Virus record (IMG/VR): IMGVR_UViG_3300044623_000784 | Coordinates: 1-64,000 of that record | Origin: a virus | Length of the DNA stretch: 64,000 nucleotides | Strand: one strand, 5' to 3' | Shown here: positions 1-8,362 of the stretch, piece by piece | Position numbering within the stretch: position 1 is the stretch's first letter | Layout of the letters: every line of letters begins with the position of its first letter | The notes under the pieces: model-generated | Seen by the model: only the letters and a program-made list of their open reading frames with translations | The model's database searches: none | What the model was told of the DNA's origin: nothing | Translations under genes and position numbers: made by a program

Positions 1-72
1 GCTAATGGAAATGTTCGTGTAAAGTTAGATGTAAATGGCGCAACTCGTTATACAACTTGGACGGCTAAGTAA
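1..72 (+). CDS. 3' end of a hypothetical protein (truncated by window)
   Basis: Open frame ANGNVRVKLDVNGATRYTTWTAK ending TAA at 70-72. Confidence 0.6.
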   Translation, partial: ANGNVRVKLDVNGATRYTTWTAK

Positions 73-83
73 GTAAATAGTTT

Positions 84-110
84 ATTCCTGAGTATGAATT
101 AAAACTACTC
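84..110 (+). ncRNA. Repeated pseudoknot-like motif, copy 1
   Basis: ATTC-CTGAGTAT-GAAT-TAAAAC-TACTC. Confidence 0.7.
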
Positions 111-153
111 AACACCCCCAACTAATAACCCACAAAAGAAAAGAGATAAACAG

Positions 154-576
154 ATGGCTAGAGCAAAAGCAATAAATGTAAAAATCCCAACAGTTCGTGT
201 AATCGCAGGACTAGAGCAAGCACTTGCTACACTAGAAGCAGACTACGCAACACAATCAGCAAAAGAAGCGCAATACGAAATTGCTAAGAAGGCTTGGCAA
301 AAAGAGGTTATTGACTACGCAGTAGCAAACATCTCAAAAGCAGAAAACTTCCGCACCAACTATCGTAATTGGTCAAACAATCTTAACATTGACTTTGACT
401 TGACAGTATTGGAAAAGGATTTGCCAACAGAGCCTGAAAAGGACTTCGAGGTAATTCACTCCAGCACTTATCGTGAGTCAAAGAAAGAAATCCAAAACGC
501 AATCCGTATTCTGAAAATGACAGATGAGGAAACAGTAAATACCTCAACCTACAACGCAATCGCTCAGTATCTATAA
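154..576 (+). CDS. hypothetical phage protein
   Basis: 140-aa ORF after purine-rich leader. Confidence 0.85.
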   Translation: MARAKAINVKIPTVRVIAGLEQALATLEADYATQSAKEAQYEIAKKAWQKEVIDYAVANISKAENFRTNYRNWSNNLNIDFDLTVLEKDLPTEPEKDFEVIHSSTYRESKKEIQNAIRILKMTDEETVNTSTYNAIAQYL

Positions 577-585
577 TTAGATACA

Positions 586-612
586 ACTCCTGAGTATGAG
601 TCTAAACTGCTC
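586..612 (+). ncRNA. Repeated pseudoknot-like motif, copy 2
   Basis: ACTC-CTGAGTAT-GAGT-CTAAAC-TGCTC. Confidence 0.7.
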
Positions 613-728
613 AACCACGACCACAGAAATGCGTGGCTAAATAAATAGAGTGGAGAATTCGCCAGGCTGATTAGGGCGATCATAGAAATACTATAGAGCC
701 AGTTCACACCAACTGCAAGAAGTGTAAC

Positions 729-754
729 TACCTGAGTATGTATCAAAACTGCTC
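729..754 (+). ncRNA. Repeated pseudoknot-like motif, copy 3
   Basis: TAC-CTGAGTAT-GTA-TCAAAAC-TGCTC. Confidence 0.7.
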
Positions 755-767
755 CCCGCAAGGGCCC

Positions 768-797
768 TTGACAAATGTCAGTGGCACCCAGTACAAT
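768..797 (+). promoter_or_regulatory. sigma70/SigA-type promoter
   Basis: TTGACA-18 nt-TACAAT upstream of ORF 829. Confidence 0.7.
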
Positions 798-828
798 TGA
801 ATTAACCAACTAACAGAAAGAGGCCCCC

Positions 829-1257
829 ATGGACCAAACAGAAACATCAGTAACAGTAATACCAAACACAACACAGGAATTCCTTCAGTCTCAAATTAAA
901 ATCAAGGATGAGCGCATTGCTCAACTTGAGGACCACATTCAAAAAGTAACTCAGCGCTCATATGCAGATTCTGCAGAGCGTAACCGTATTACAGAAGATA
1001 TGCAGACATGGACTCTCTCAGCGCTTGAGAGTGGAACAATTAATGAGTCAGAAGCAGAAGAGATTGCGGAAATCGTTGGATTCGAATTAACGAAAGAATT
1101 CGAATTAGAAGTTACAGTTATGTATTCAGTCACCGTTAATGCTCGTGATGAAGAGTCTGCACAGAATGTAATTCACGATATTGATTTTGATACCGTTCAA
1201 TACGACTCAGATAATATTTCTTGGTTGTCATCCAGTGTTGACAGAATAGATATTTAG
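829..1257 (+). CDS. hypothetical acidic phage protein
   Basis: 142-aa ORF with AGAGG RBS. Confidence 0.85.
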   Translation: MDQTETSVTVIPNTTQEFLQSQIKIKDERIAQLEDHIQKVTQRSYADSAERNRITEDMQTWTLSALESGTINESEAEEIAEIVGFELTKEFELEVTVMYSVTVNARDEESAQNVIHDIDFDTVQYDSDNISWLSSSVDRIDI

Positions 1258-1272
1258 TAGGGGGCTACTAAA

Positions 1273-1303
1273 GGACCTGAGCATGTCTCTACATAAACTG
1301 CTC
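1273..1303 (+). ncRNA. Repeated pseudoknot-like motif, copy 4
   Basis: GGAC-CTGAGCAT-GTCT-CTACATAAAC-TGCTC. Confidence 0.65.
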
Positions 1304-1336
1304 TCTCATTATTCCGTGAAAAATTCCACGTGGGGC

Positions 1337-1356
1337 TTATCCACAGGTTATCCACA
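1337..1356 (+). promoter_or_regulatory. Two tandem perfect DnaA boxes
   Basis: TTATCCACA at 1337-1345 and 1348-1356. Confidence 0.6.
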
Positions 1357-1428
1357 TGATCAAGATCACATTGTGATTTACGATACAGTTACGAAATGCC
1401 CCAATTGTCCCATGCTTACTTATACGAT

Positions 1429-1457
1429 TTGACTTTGTCAGTCCACCCATGTATACT
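1429..1457 (+). promoter_or_regulatory. sigma70/SigA-type promoter
   Basis: TTGACT-17 nt-TATACT. Confidence 0.65.
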
Positions 1458-1488
1458 TAGATTAACAACAACAGAAAAGAGAAAACTC

Positions 1489-2505
1489 ATGGCACATGAC
1501 CTAGAAACACAAAACGGAAAAGCATCATTCGCATCTTTCCGTGAACCTGCTTGGCATGGATTGGGTACAGTCTTTACAGAAGAAAAATCTACATCAGAGA
1601 TGCTGGCTGCTGCTAGTCTTAATGGTTGGAATGTTCGTCTTGAAGATTTGGAAACCCCTTCACATTTAACAAGCGACAAGGCGTACCAATACGTTTTGCG
1701 TACTAACCCAACAGATAATTCTCAGACCGACATTCTTGGTGTCGTTGGTGAGCGTTACCATGTTTTACAGAATGAAGATTTATTTTCATTTGGCGATAAC
1801 ATTCTAGATGGTGGTGGTCGTTGGGAAACGGCTGGCTCAATCAAGGGTGGTCGTGTTGTATTCGGTGCGTTAGCACTAGAGCGAGAAACAGTTCTTGACC
1901 CTAGCGGTGTTGCCGATAAGGTAAAGACTTATTTGCTCATCAACACATCACACGATGGCTCAATCGCTATTCAAGCAAGCATCACGCCAGTTCGTGTTGT
2001 ATGCGCTAACACTCTTAACCTTGCGCTTGGTTCAATCAAGAAAAAGAATGGCATCAAGCAATCATTCAAGATTCGTCACACACAAACAGCAAGCGGTAAG
2101 GTTGCTATTGCTCGTGAAACTCTTGGCATGGCTAATAAGTACATGGACGAATTTGACATCATGGCTAAGGCAATGATTGAGAAAGAAGTCACTGCTCTTG
2201 ATTTCAACAAAATTATTCTTGCTGCTTATCCTAAGCCAGAAACAGATGCTAAGGGTTCACTAAAGAAGTGGGAAAATAAAGTTGATGTCATTAACGACAT
2301 TTACACAGGCGAGTTTAACGGAATGATTGCGGGTAATTCATGGGGTGCTTTCAATGCGCTAACTGAACGCCTTGATTGGTATCGTTCTGCTCGTGGTGGT
2401 TCTAACGAATCCATTCTCGCATCAGCATCAGGATTTGACCCTGCGATTAACGCAGAAAAAAATCGTTTGCTAAAAGTTGTACAAAATGTTATGTCTTTAG
2501 CATAA
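1489..2505 (+). CDS. DUF932/TIGR03299-like phage protein
   Basis: MAH..E start, PAWHGLG, ETAGSIKGGRVVF, SHDGS, TPVRVVCANTL, IRHT; start moved to ATG 1489 after the promoter. Confidence 0.85.
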   Translation: MAHDLETQNGKASFASFREPAWHGLGTVFTEEKSTSEMLAAASLNGWNVRLEDLETPSHLTSDKAYQYVLRTNPTDNSQTDILGVVGERYHVLQNEDLFSFGDNILDGGGRWETAGSIKGGRVVFGALALERETVLDPSGVADKVKTYLLINTSHDGSIAIQASITPVRVVCANTLNLALGSIKKKNGIKQSFKIRHTQTASGKVAIARETLGMANKYMDEFDIMAKAMIEKEVTALDFNKIILAAYPKPETDAKGSLKKWENKVDVINDIYTGEFNGMIAGNSWGAFNALTERLDWYRSARGGSNESILASASGFDPAINAEKNRLLKVVQNVMSLA

Positions 2506-2509
2506 CAAA

Positions 2510-2537
2510 AAATCCTGAGCAAGATTTAAAACTGCTC
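2510..2537 (+). ncRNA. Repeated pseudoknot-like motif, copy 5
   Basis: AAATC-CTGAGCAA-GATTT-AAAAC-TGCTC, 4 nt before tRNA-Asp. Confidence 0.7.
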
Positions 2538-2541
2538 GCAT

Positions 2542-2615
2542 GGAGTGTTAGCATAGTTGGTTAATGCGCTACCCTGTCACGGTAGAGATCACGGGTTCAA
2601 GTCCCGTACACTTCG
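2542..2615 (+). tRNA. tRNA-Asp(GTC)
   Basis: Acceptor GGAGTGT/ACACTTC, anticodon arm CTACC-CTGTCAC-GGTAG, T-loop GGTTCAAGTCC. Confidence 0.92.
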
Positions 2616-2770
2616 CAAAATCCACGTGGGGAACAAATAGTACAAATCGGACATAAAAATGTCAAATAAAAAAATCTTTACGAAGACTATAAAAGATCCC
2701 CCAAAATGTCAAACCAAAAAATCTTTACGATAGAGTTGACATTTCCCCCAAACCATGCGATAATTAATAC

Positions 2771-2935
2771 ATGACCCAAACAATGAGAACTATTGACGAA
2801 TTAGTCAATGAGATGTACATGGACAATGAGCAACATCTCGAATACATGGAAAATATGAACGGTGGGGATTGTGATTGTAACATCCACACTACCTTGAATA
2901 CAATAGTCAAATACTGGTGGGATGAGGAGAACTAA
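2771..2935 (+). CDS. small hypothetical protein (54 aa)
   Basis: Hand-read ORF MTQTMRT...WWDEEN, 6 nt after TTGACA-17-GATAAT; TAATG coupling to next ORF. Confidence 0.65.
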   Translation: MTQTMRTIDELVNEMYMDNEQHLEYMENMNGGDCDCNIHTTLNTIVKYWWDEEN

Positions 2936-3093
2936 TGTTAGGTTATGAGAGAGATGATTTAGATAACATGGTTCTTGCTATTGATTCTGCTTTAACTACC
3001 GTGAATCCTGACGATGACCCTTGGCTACATAGAAACCTTACACAAGCCTCAGACTTCCTATCAGGGCTATGGGCAGAAGGGTACTTTGACTAA
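2935..3093 (+). CDS. small hypothetical protein (52 aa)
   Basis: MLGYERDD...GLWAEGYFD; TAATG coupling on both sides. Confidence 0.7.
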   Translation: MLGYERDDLDNMVLAIDSALTTVNPDDDPWLHRNLTQASDFLSGLWAEGYFD

Positions 3094-3323
3094 TGTGGAG
3101 TAGATATACATTTGTTTGCGACCCTGATGAATGCGATGCCCTGGTTGAGTTTACTGCTAGGGATGACTTTGGCTTTCCCCTGGGAGTTGTGGCAATGAAA
3201 TGCCCTTGTGGTAGGATGTTAAACTATATTAGTTATGAAGAGGCTTACGCTCCGATCATTACAGATGTGAGCAAGGTCACACCCCGTGAAGTTGTAAAAA
3301 TCAACACGAACCCGTATAATTAA
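3093..3323 (+). CDS. small Cys-rich (Zn-ribbon-like) protein
   Basis: CDPDEC...CPCG. Confidence 0.7.
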   Translation: MWSRYTFVCDPDECDALVEFTARDDFGFPLGVVAMKCPCGRMLNYISYEEAYAPIITDVSKVTPREVVKINTNPYN

Positions 3324-3326
3324 TAT

Positions 3327-3482
3327 ATGGACCTAAACACACTTATAGAGTATATAAAGATAAACATCATCTCTCTAGAGCAAGACCTAGAAAACGAGGA
3401 CGGTGCTGATAGCATTGTTCCTTACCTTGAAGGTGCCATTGATGTATCCCGCCATTATTTGGAGGCAGTCAATGGAGAATAA
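3327..3482 (+). CDS. small hypothetical protein (51 aa)
   Basis: MDLNTLIEY...; ATG just after TATAAT. Confidence 0.6.
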   Translation: MDLNTLIEYIKINIISLEQDLENEDGADSIVPYLEGAIDVSRHYLEAVNGE

Positions 3483-3759
3483 CACAACACTAGACCCATA
3501 CTTAATGAAACAAGTAGAAATGGGTATGGACGGAGCAGATATCCTGCATGGTCACCTTAAAACTCTTATGTATGAGGCAGAGCAACAGTTAGACCTTTGT
3601 ATTGAGGCAGAGGAATACTCAGAGGAAGCCATGGACTCTATGGCTCGTACAGAGGCTTCAGGCTATCTTGACGCACTGTCTGAGGTTTATGCCCTAACAT
3701 ATGCTATCGCTTTTGCCAAGGAAGAAGTAAAGAACCGCAAGGAGATTCTTGGTGAATAA
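3472..3759 (+). CDS. hypothetical acidic protein
   Basis: Start reassigned to MENNTT after GGAGG. Confidence 0.75.
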   Translation: MENNTTLDPYLMKQVEMGMDGADILHGHLKTLMYEAEQQLDLCIEAEEYSEEAMDSMARTEASGYLDALSEVYALTYAIAFAKEEVKNRKEILGE

Positions 3760-4204
3760 CGAACGCTTTATTGAAATGGACTTTGATGAGTGGTGTGATA
3801 CATACAAACCAATCATTAACCATATAGACAGTAATGCATCCTTTGACAATGGCTATGGCGGTATTATGTTTGAGACATATGGTGATGAAGTAGAGTTTGT
3901 TAAGTCTCAATCCCCTGACAAAATTTGGATGTATGGTGACGGAGACGACGGCGGTTCATATGTATGGAGCGGCTGGGGATTTGTAAATAGATTAGGATAC
4001 TTCATCACTGAGGTACCTTGCCCACCTGATACAACCATTCAGGTCAGAGTTAGTTATAACTGGTTCTATTGTGAAAACTGCAGCGCTGAATTCGAGGACC
4101 CTGATAATACTATCAGAGATGCCTTCGATGAGCACGATTTGTATAAATGCCCACAATGTGCTACACTTGAAGAAATGACCCTAGTAGGATTGGAAAAGAA
4201 ATGA
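3752..4204 (+). CDS. hypothetical protein with C-terminal Zn ribbon
   Basis: GWGFVNRLGYFITE segment; CENC...CPQC. Confidence 0.8.
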   Translation: MNNERFIEMDFDEWCDTYKPIINHIDSNASFDNGYGGIMFETYGDEVEFVKSQSPDKIWMYGDGDDGGSYVWSGWGFVNRLGYFITEVPCPPDTTIQVRVSYNWFYCENCSAEFEDPDNTIRDAFDEHDLYKCPQCATLEEMTLVGLEKK

Positions 4205-4377
4205 TGACAAATGAAGAAATGCTAGCCTATGTAAAAGAAAGAATAGCAACCCTAACCGAACTCAGAAATGAAATGCATGCCGAAGGCAATCATGCTTCAG
4301 ATGAATACACTGCTGGAGCAATTGACTCCTATGACATTATGCGTATTAAGTTAGAAGGGACCGTTACATTCCTATGA
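4201..4377 (+). CDS. small hypothetical protein (58 aa)
   Basis: ATGA overlaps at both ends. Confidence 0.65.
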   Translation: MMTNEEMLAYVKERIATLTELRNEMHAEGNHASDEYTAGAIDSYDIMRIKLEGTVTFL

Positions 4378-4532
4378 ACGAATACACAGTAGAACTTATT
4401 CATGAACCAAGCGGGGCCCATATGAATTTTGTTATGTTCAGTGATGTCAAGCAGGATGAAGTAGCGCTGGCCAAGGAAATTTGGGCAGACATGTCAGTTG
4501 TTGTATTAGACTACGTTGAGGAGGAAGAGTAA
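4374..4532 (+). CDS. small hypothetical protein (52 aa)
   Basis: MNEYTVEL...; coupled to neighbours. Confidence 0.65.
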   Translation: MNEYTVELIHEPSGAHMNFVMFSDVKQDEVALAKEIWADMSVVVLDYVEEEE

Positions 4533-4897
4533 TGGGAGCACGGATTAACTTTGTATTTAAAGATGTTGAGGATGAGGCCCATGTAGTACTCTATAGTCAC
4601 TGGGGTGAGACAGAATGGCAGCGGGACCTAGCAATGGCGCTGCAGCATTCAAAGCCTAGGTGGAAAGACTATGCCTACTTCACCCGCATGATGATTAGTT
4701 ATTTAATGCAAGACTCTGTTCTTGAAGAAACAGGGTTTGGTATCTATGCTATCACAGGCAGCAACTTTGATTTAGGTGAGACCACGGTAGTCATCGATAT
4801 CGCTAAAGAAACTATCAATCATGTGGGCTCCACTGTCGTAGTTGACTGGAATAAATTTATGGTAGCATACCTACCAGTTTTGGCTGAGCAGATCTAG
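4532..4897 (+). CDS. hypothetical phage protein
   Basis: MGARINF...LYSHWG; GGAGG RBS. Confidence 0.8.
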   Translation: MGARINFVFKDVEDEAHVVLYSHWGETEWQRDLAMALQHSKPRWKDYAYFTRMMISYLMQDSVLEETGFGIYAITGSNFDLGETTVVIDIAKETINHVGSTVVVDWNKFMVAYLPVLAEQI

Positions 4898-4924
4898 GGA
4901 GTGGGTCCTCTAGATTAATAAGGT

Positions 4925-4965
4925 GGGAAGGGTCGGCGTGGGGCTTGCCCTTCCCCCTACTTTTT
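4925..4965 (+). terminator. probable intrinsic terminator
   Basis: GGGAAGGG/CCCTTCCC stem followed by T run. Confidence 0.5.
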
Positions 4966-4990
4966 GGTACAATAGATACAAGGGAGAACT

Positions 4991-5197
4991 ATGCGTATAA
5001 GCAGACGAGTCACAGAGGAAGAAAAGGTTGCCATGAAAATGGGCAACATGGTTTCTGACCTCAGAGTTGATTTGGAATTAGTCGGGGAATACTTAGCAAA
5101 ATCTCAGCCCCATGTAGTGTATAATCGTTTACAGGTAATAGCAGAATCAGCCAAAGAAACTAAGGAAGGTACAAATTATGGCAAAAACAACTTTTGA
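4991..5197 (+). CDS. hypothetical protein
   Basis: 68-aa ORF with GGGAG RBS. Confidence 0.75.
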   Translation: MRISRRVTEEEKVAMKMGNMVSDLRVDLELVGEYLAKSQPHVVYNRLQVIAESAKETKEGTNYGKNNF

Positions 5198-5444
5198 TAA
5201 CAAGGCTTTAATCCTTGGACAGTTATGGATTAATTATAAAATGGAAGATGAGTGGGTTGATTTCGTTGAGTACAACGATTTAGGTTTGCCACTTGCTTTC
5301 GCATTTGCCGAGGGTATTATCAATGAAACTCCATCACTACAACAATACATAAATGAAACATGGGACTTACTACTAGAGGGCATGGAACTTGACGACATTG
5401 GGTTTGGTGACTTTCAAGAACTAGTTGACAAACAAAACGAGTAG
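5178..5444 (+). CDS. hypothetical phage protein
   Basis: 88 aa, YNDLGLPLA segment. Confidence 0.8.
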   Translation: MAKTTFDNKALILGQLWINYKMEDEWVDFVEYNDLGLPLAFAFAEGIINETPSLQQYINETWDLLLEGMELDDIGFGDFQELVDKQNE

Positions 5445-5459
5445 CGTGACCCGAAAGGG

Positions 5460-6257
5460 CACGTGCCATACTTTTATCAAATTGTCAAACCCCAAACCTC
5501 ATATCCAGACATTACGATCCAAACCATAATATCCCCAAACCAGGACATTACGAACCTCCAAAACTTTCCCCCTGCTGAACTTATACCATAGTTTTTAAGG
5601 TTTGTCAAACCATGTTATAATGATATTATGCCACACCACTTTGCAAAGATGTATGAGAACAAGTCCCATAGACATGATTCTCTTTCTGACTCTGCTGTCT
5701 TTAATGAAGCAGTGGGTACTTTAACGGGTATGTTGTATTCTATTGTTACTCTTAGGGCTTTCTTTCCTTTCTTTAGATCCCCTGAAAAGATCACTGATAA
5801 TACTGTTAATCATGCCCCTTATCCTATGCCGTCGGAAAAATCGGGGGAGTCAAAGTATACCCAATTAACCCTATGGTAAATAACAAACCATTATCTCCTG
5901 GTTTCTAAATATTTGATAAAGGTTTGTTAAAAAAAGATTACGATTATCGACAATTTCTCCCTGGTTTTGGGAGATTTTTTATGGGGTTTTAAGGTTTGAA
6001 AGGACTTGACAAACCATTATATCTGTGATATCATCCGCTGCGGGATATGAAGGTTTGAAGGTTTGACAATATGAAGGTTTTGTGATAGGGCCCCTCTCCC
6101 CAAAAAAGATTACGAACGCCTCTTTAAAAGCGCTCCCTACTCCACTATCCTCCACTTCACTCCACTTCTAGAGTGTCTAATAATATAATCAGTAAGATTA
6201 ATCTGTGGATAACTTGTGGATAACTATGATATTTTTGGCGTATCAGCCTGTGGATAA
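5460..6257. repeat. Repeat-rich, mostly non-coding region; candidate replication origin
   Basis: Repeated ATTACGA, many CAAACC/GGTTTG, CTCCACT x3 at 10-nt period (6140-6166), TGTGGATAA x3 (6204, 6215, 6249). Confidence 0.45.
5628..5879 (+). CDS. possible hypothetical protein
   Basis: 83-aa ORF just after TGTTATAAT; no recognisable motif. Confidence 0.45.
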   Translation: MPHHFAKMYENKSHRHDSLSDSAVFNEAVGTLTGMLYSIVTLRAFFPFFRSPEKITDNTVNHAPYPMPSEKSGESKYTQLTLW

Positions 6258-6808
6258 CTATCTCTAAAGGCTCTTATATCATCAAAAATAGGATCGTTTT
6301 GAACCAGGTTCAGGTGTGAGTAGTCTGACTTATTTTCTAGATAGCCAAACCTCATAAACATCATCTTGACATACTCTCCATCCTTAAACTCCTTATGGGT
6401 TCTCCAATGAATCTCTTTATTAGCATTAAAGATCAAGGCAGAGTTATTCTCTAACTCATAGACATCTAAGTTCAAACCCAAAGGCCAAACGGTATTAGCA
6501 TCTATCTGCATATTGATGATTAGGTTATTGTCATCTCCATCAAAGTGTGGGGGAAGGTTAGGCTTTCCATATAGATTGCTATATTCCACATATGTTATGC
6601 CACTCATGTTCAAAGAAGGATAGCCCATCTCACTTACAATATCGTTAAATTTTTCTATGATTCTTGGGTGTAGTAGGTTCTTTATTGCTGGAATAGCACG
6701 AACCCTACCTAGGTTATTGTCTATTTCAAAATCTACATTTGATACAGTTTTAAGGATATGGTCCATATCTTCATCAGAAAATATGTTATTTATAAGGGTT
6801 ATTGACAT
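6224..6808 (-). CDS. 2OG-Fe(II) oxygenase-like protein
   Basis: LPPHFD (HxD), distal HWR. Confidence 0.7.
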   Translation of the reverse strand: MSITLINNIFSDEDMDHILKTVSNVDFEIDNNLGRVRAIPAIKNLLHPRIIEKFNDIVSEMGYPSLNMSGITYVEYSNLYGKPNLPPHFDGDDNNLIINMQIDANTVWPLGLNLDVYELENNSALIFNANKEIHWRTHKEFKDGEYVKMMFMRFGYLENKSDYSHLNLVQNDPIFDDIRAFRDSYPQADTPKIS

Positions 6809-6843
6809 ATACTCATTATAGCATTGTCTGTTATAATTAAACC

Positions 6844-7350
6844 ATGCCCATAGACAAGTATGAACTCACAAGAAACTACTTCCTTATCAACACCAACTGG
6901 GAACAGGCACTGACTCTCCTATATAAAAATGCGGAAGGCTCACAAAGACCTGAGACCCTATGGTTTAAAATAAAAAACCGTAGATTATTTGATGACCTTC
7001 CAGACCTTAAAGACTTCTTTGAAAAGATAAACAAGGACTATGGCTCAAAGTATTACGATGACTGCCCATATTACGATGCGTGGCAAGTTGGTATATGTAA
7101 TTGTGATGGTATATGGCATGTTGATGGACCAGTTATATCTTTAGACAATAGTGTAGTTAGCCCTCATAGAGATGTCCACGATGCAGCCTATCTTCAAATG
7201 TTAGGCCAATCATTCTGGAGATTAGGTGGGGAAGAAGAAATTGTCCTAAATCCAGGGGATATCCTTTTCCTATCCAATGAGATTACTCATGAGGTATGGG
7301 GGCAAGGACCTCGTATGGGTATTCTCCTTATGGCATTAAAGCCTCTATAA
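6844..7350 (+). CDS. cupin/JmjC-like protein
   Basis: PHRD...QMLG..W...LNPGDILF...THEV. Confidence 0.7.
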   Translation: MPIDKYELTRNYFLINTNWEQALTLLYKNAEGSQRPETLWFKIKNRRLFDDLPDLKDFFEKINKDYGSKYYDDCPYYDAWQVGICNCDGIWHVDGPVISLDNSVVSPHRDVHDAAYLQMLGQSFWRLGGEEEIVLNPGDILFLSNEITHEVWGQGPRMGILLMALKPL

Positions 7351-7368
7351 AACCACGGTAAATAAAGA

Positions 7369-7683
7369 TTACGATAGGTCCTTTATCGCCCTATTGACCA
7401 TACGGATCAAACCTTTTCGAGTTATCTTCGACGCATCAAATGTCTCCGTATATCCCCCTTGTGGCATATCTGCCTTATCCAGGAAAGAACCATGCTTTTC
7501 CCTTAGTGTTCTTAGTACTAGGGTTTCTATTGCTCTTGCTTGATCCCGTTCGGAAAACCACCAATACTTGATCAATATCCAACCCTTGGTCCTATGGCTT
7601 GCAAACCTTCTACCAGACACATCTGATATACCCACCTTAATAGCCTTGTGTATGGGGCTGTAGAGTATGTATAGTAGGGTCAT
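7369..7683 (-). CDS. GIY-YIG/T5orf172-like protein
   Basis: LYILY..IKVGIS...R...E...GGYTETF. Confidence 0.6.
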   Translation of the reverse strand: MTLLYILYSPIHKAIKVGISDVSGRRFASHRTKGWILIKYWWFSERDQARAIETLVLRTLREKHGSFLDKADMPQGGYTETFDASKITRKGLIRMVNRAIKDLS

Positions 7684-7731
7684 ATGTCTATTATACTTGA
7701 CATCCCCCGCAATTTCTGAGATAATAAGAAT

Positions 7732-8112
7732 ATGAAAAATCCATACAAGGTTATATTAAGCAATGCCAAAGGTGCTCAAAATGGTTGGAACAAGAAGCAT
7801 CAGAGTGTAGGAATTAACAGACGAGTAAAGGTCTTTACTATTACCTGGGAAGATGTAGAAAAGGTATTTAATGACCAAGGTGGCAAAAGCAAGTGGCTTG
7901 GTATTCCAATGGACCCTAATGATGTATTTAGAAAGCACTACCCCTTATCTCCAAGTCTAGACAGGCTAGATAATGAAAAAGATTATACTCCAGATAATAT
8001 ATGTATCAGTACAAGATTTGAGAATTATGGATTTAACAAATGTAGCGATGAGGTTAAGACTGAGTGTGTAAATTACTTAATTAATAATATTAAACCAGAA
8101 GTAAGCATATAA
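7732..8112 (+). CDS. His-Me finger endonuclease-like protein
   Basis: SLDRLDNEKDYTPDNICI...N. Confidence 0.6.
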   Translation: MKNPYKVILSNAKGAQNGWNKKHQSVGINRRVKVFTITWEDVEKVFNDQGGKSKWLGIPMDPNDVFRKHYPLSPSLDRLDNEKDYTPDNICISTRFENYGFNKCSDEVKTECVNYLINNIKPEVSI

Positions 8113-8362
8113 AGGCTTGTAACCACTATTGCCCGTTTAGGGCATAGGAAGGTTTATAACTTCTATTTTGCGCCGAACTTCAAAACCTATTTTTCGTCGA
8201 ACTGTGTGATAAAATAACCCTATGAACAAATTAGAATCATCTTATAATAAGTTTATGGGCTACAGGGTAGCCTGCAGCAATTGCGATCAACTATATATAA
8301 AACAAGATGACGAACCATTTGTATGTCTTGCCTGTGCTATTAAGTAATGGTATAATCAAAAT

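Noticed and set aside
84-110. Motif as an intrinsic terminator or preQ1-I riboswitch
   Set aside because: No U-tract and very short stems; loop sequence and gene context do not match preQ1 aptamers as I know them.
666-700. Hammerhead ribozyme at CTGATTA...GAAA
   Set aside because: Core deviates from CUGANGA and I could not build the required three stems.
84-2537. Repeated motif read as a CRISPR array
   Set aside because: Copies are degenerate, separated by 0.1-1.2 kb containing whole genes, and also dispersed on the other strand; no cas operon.
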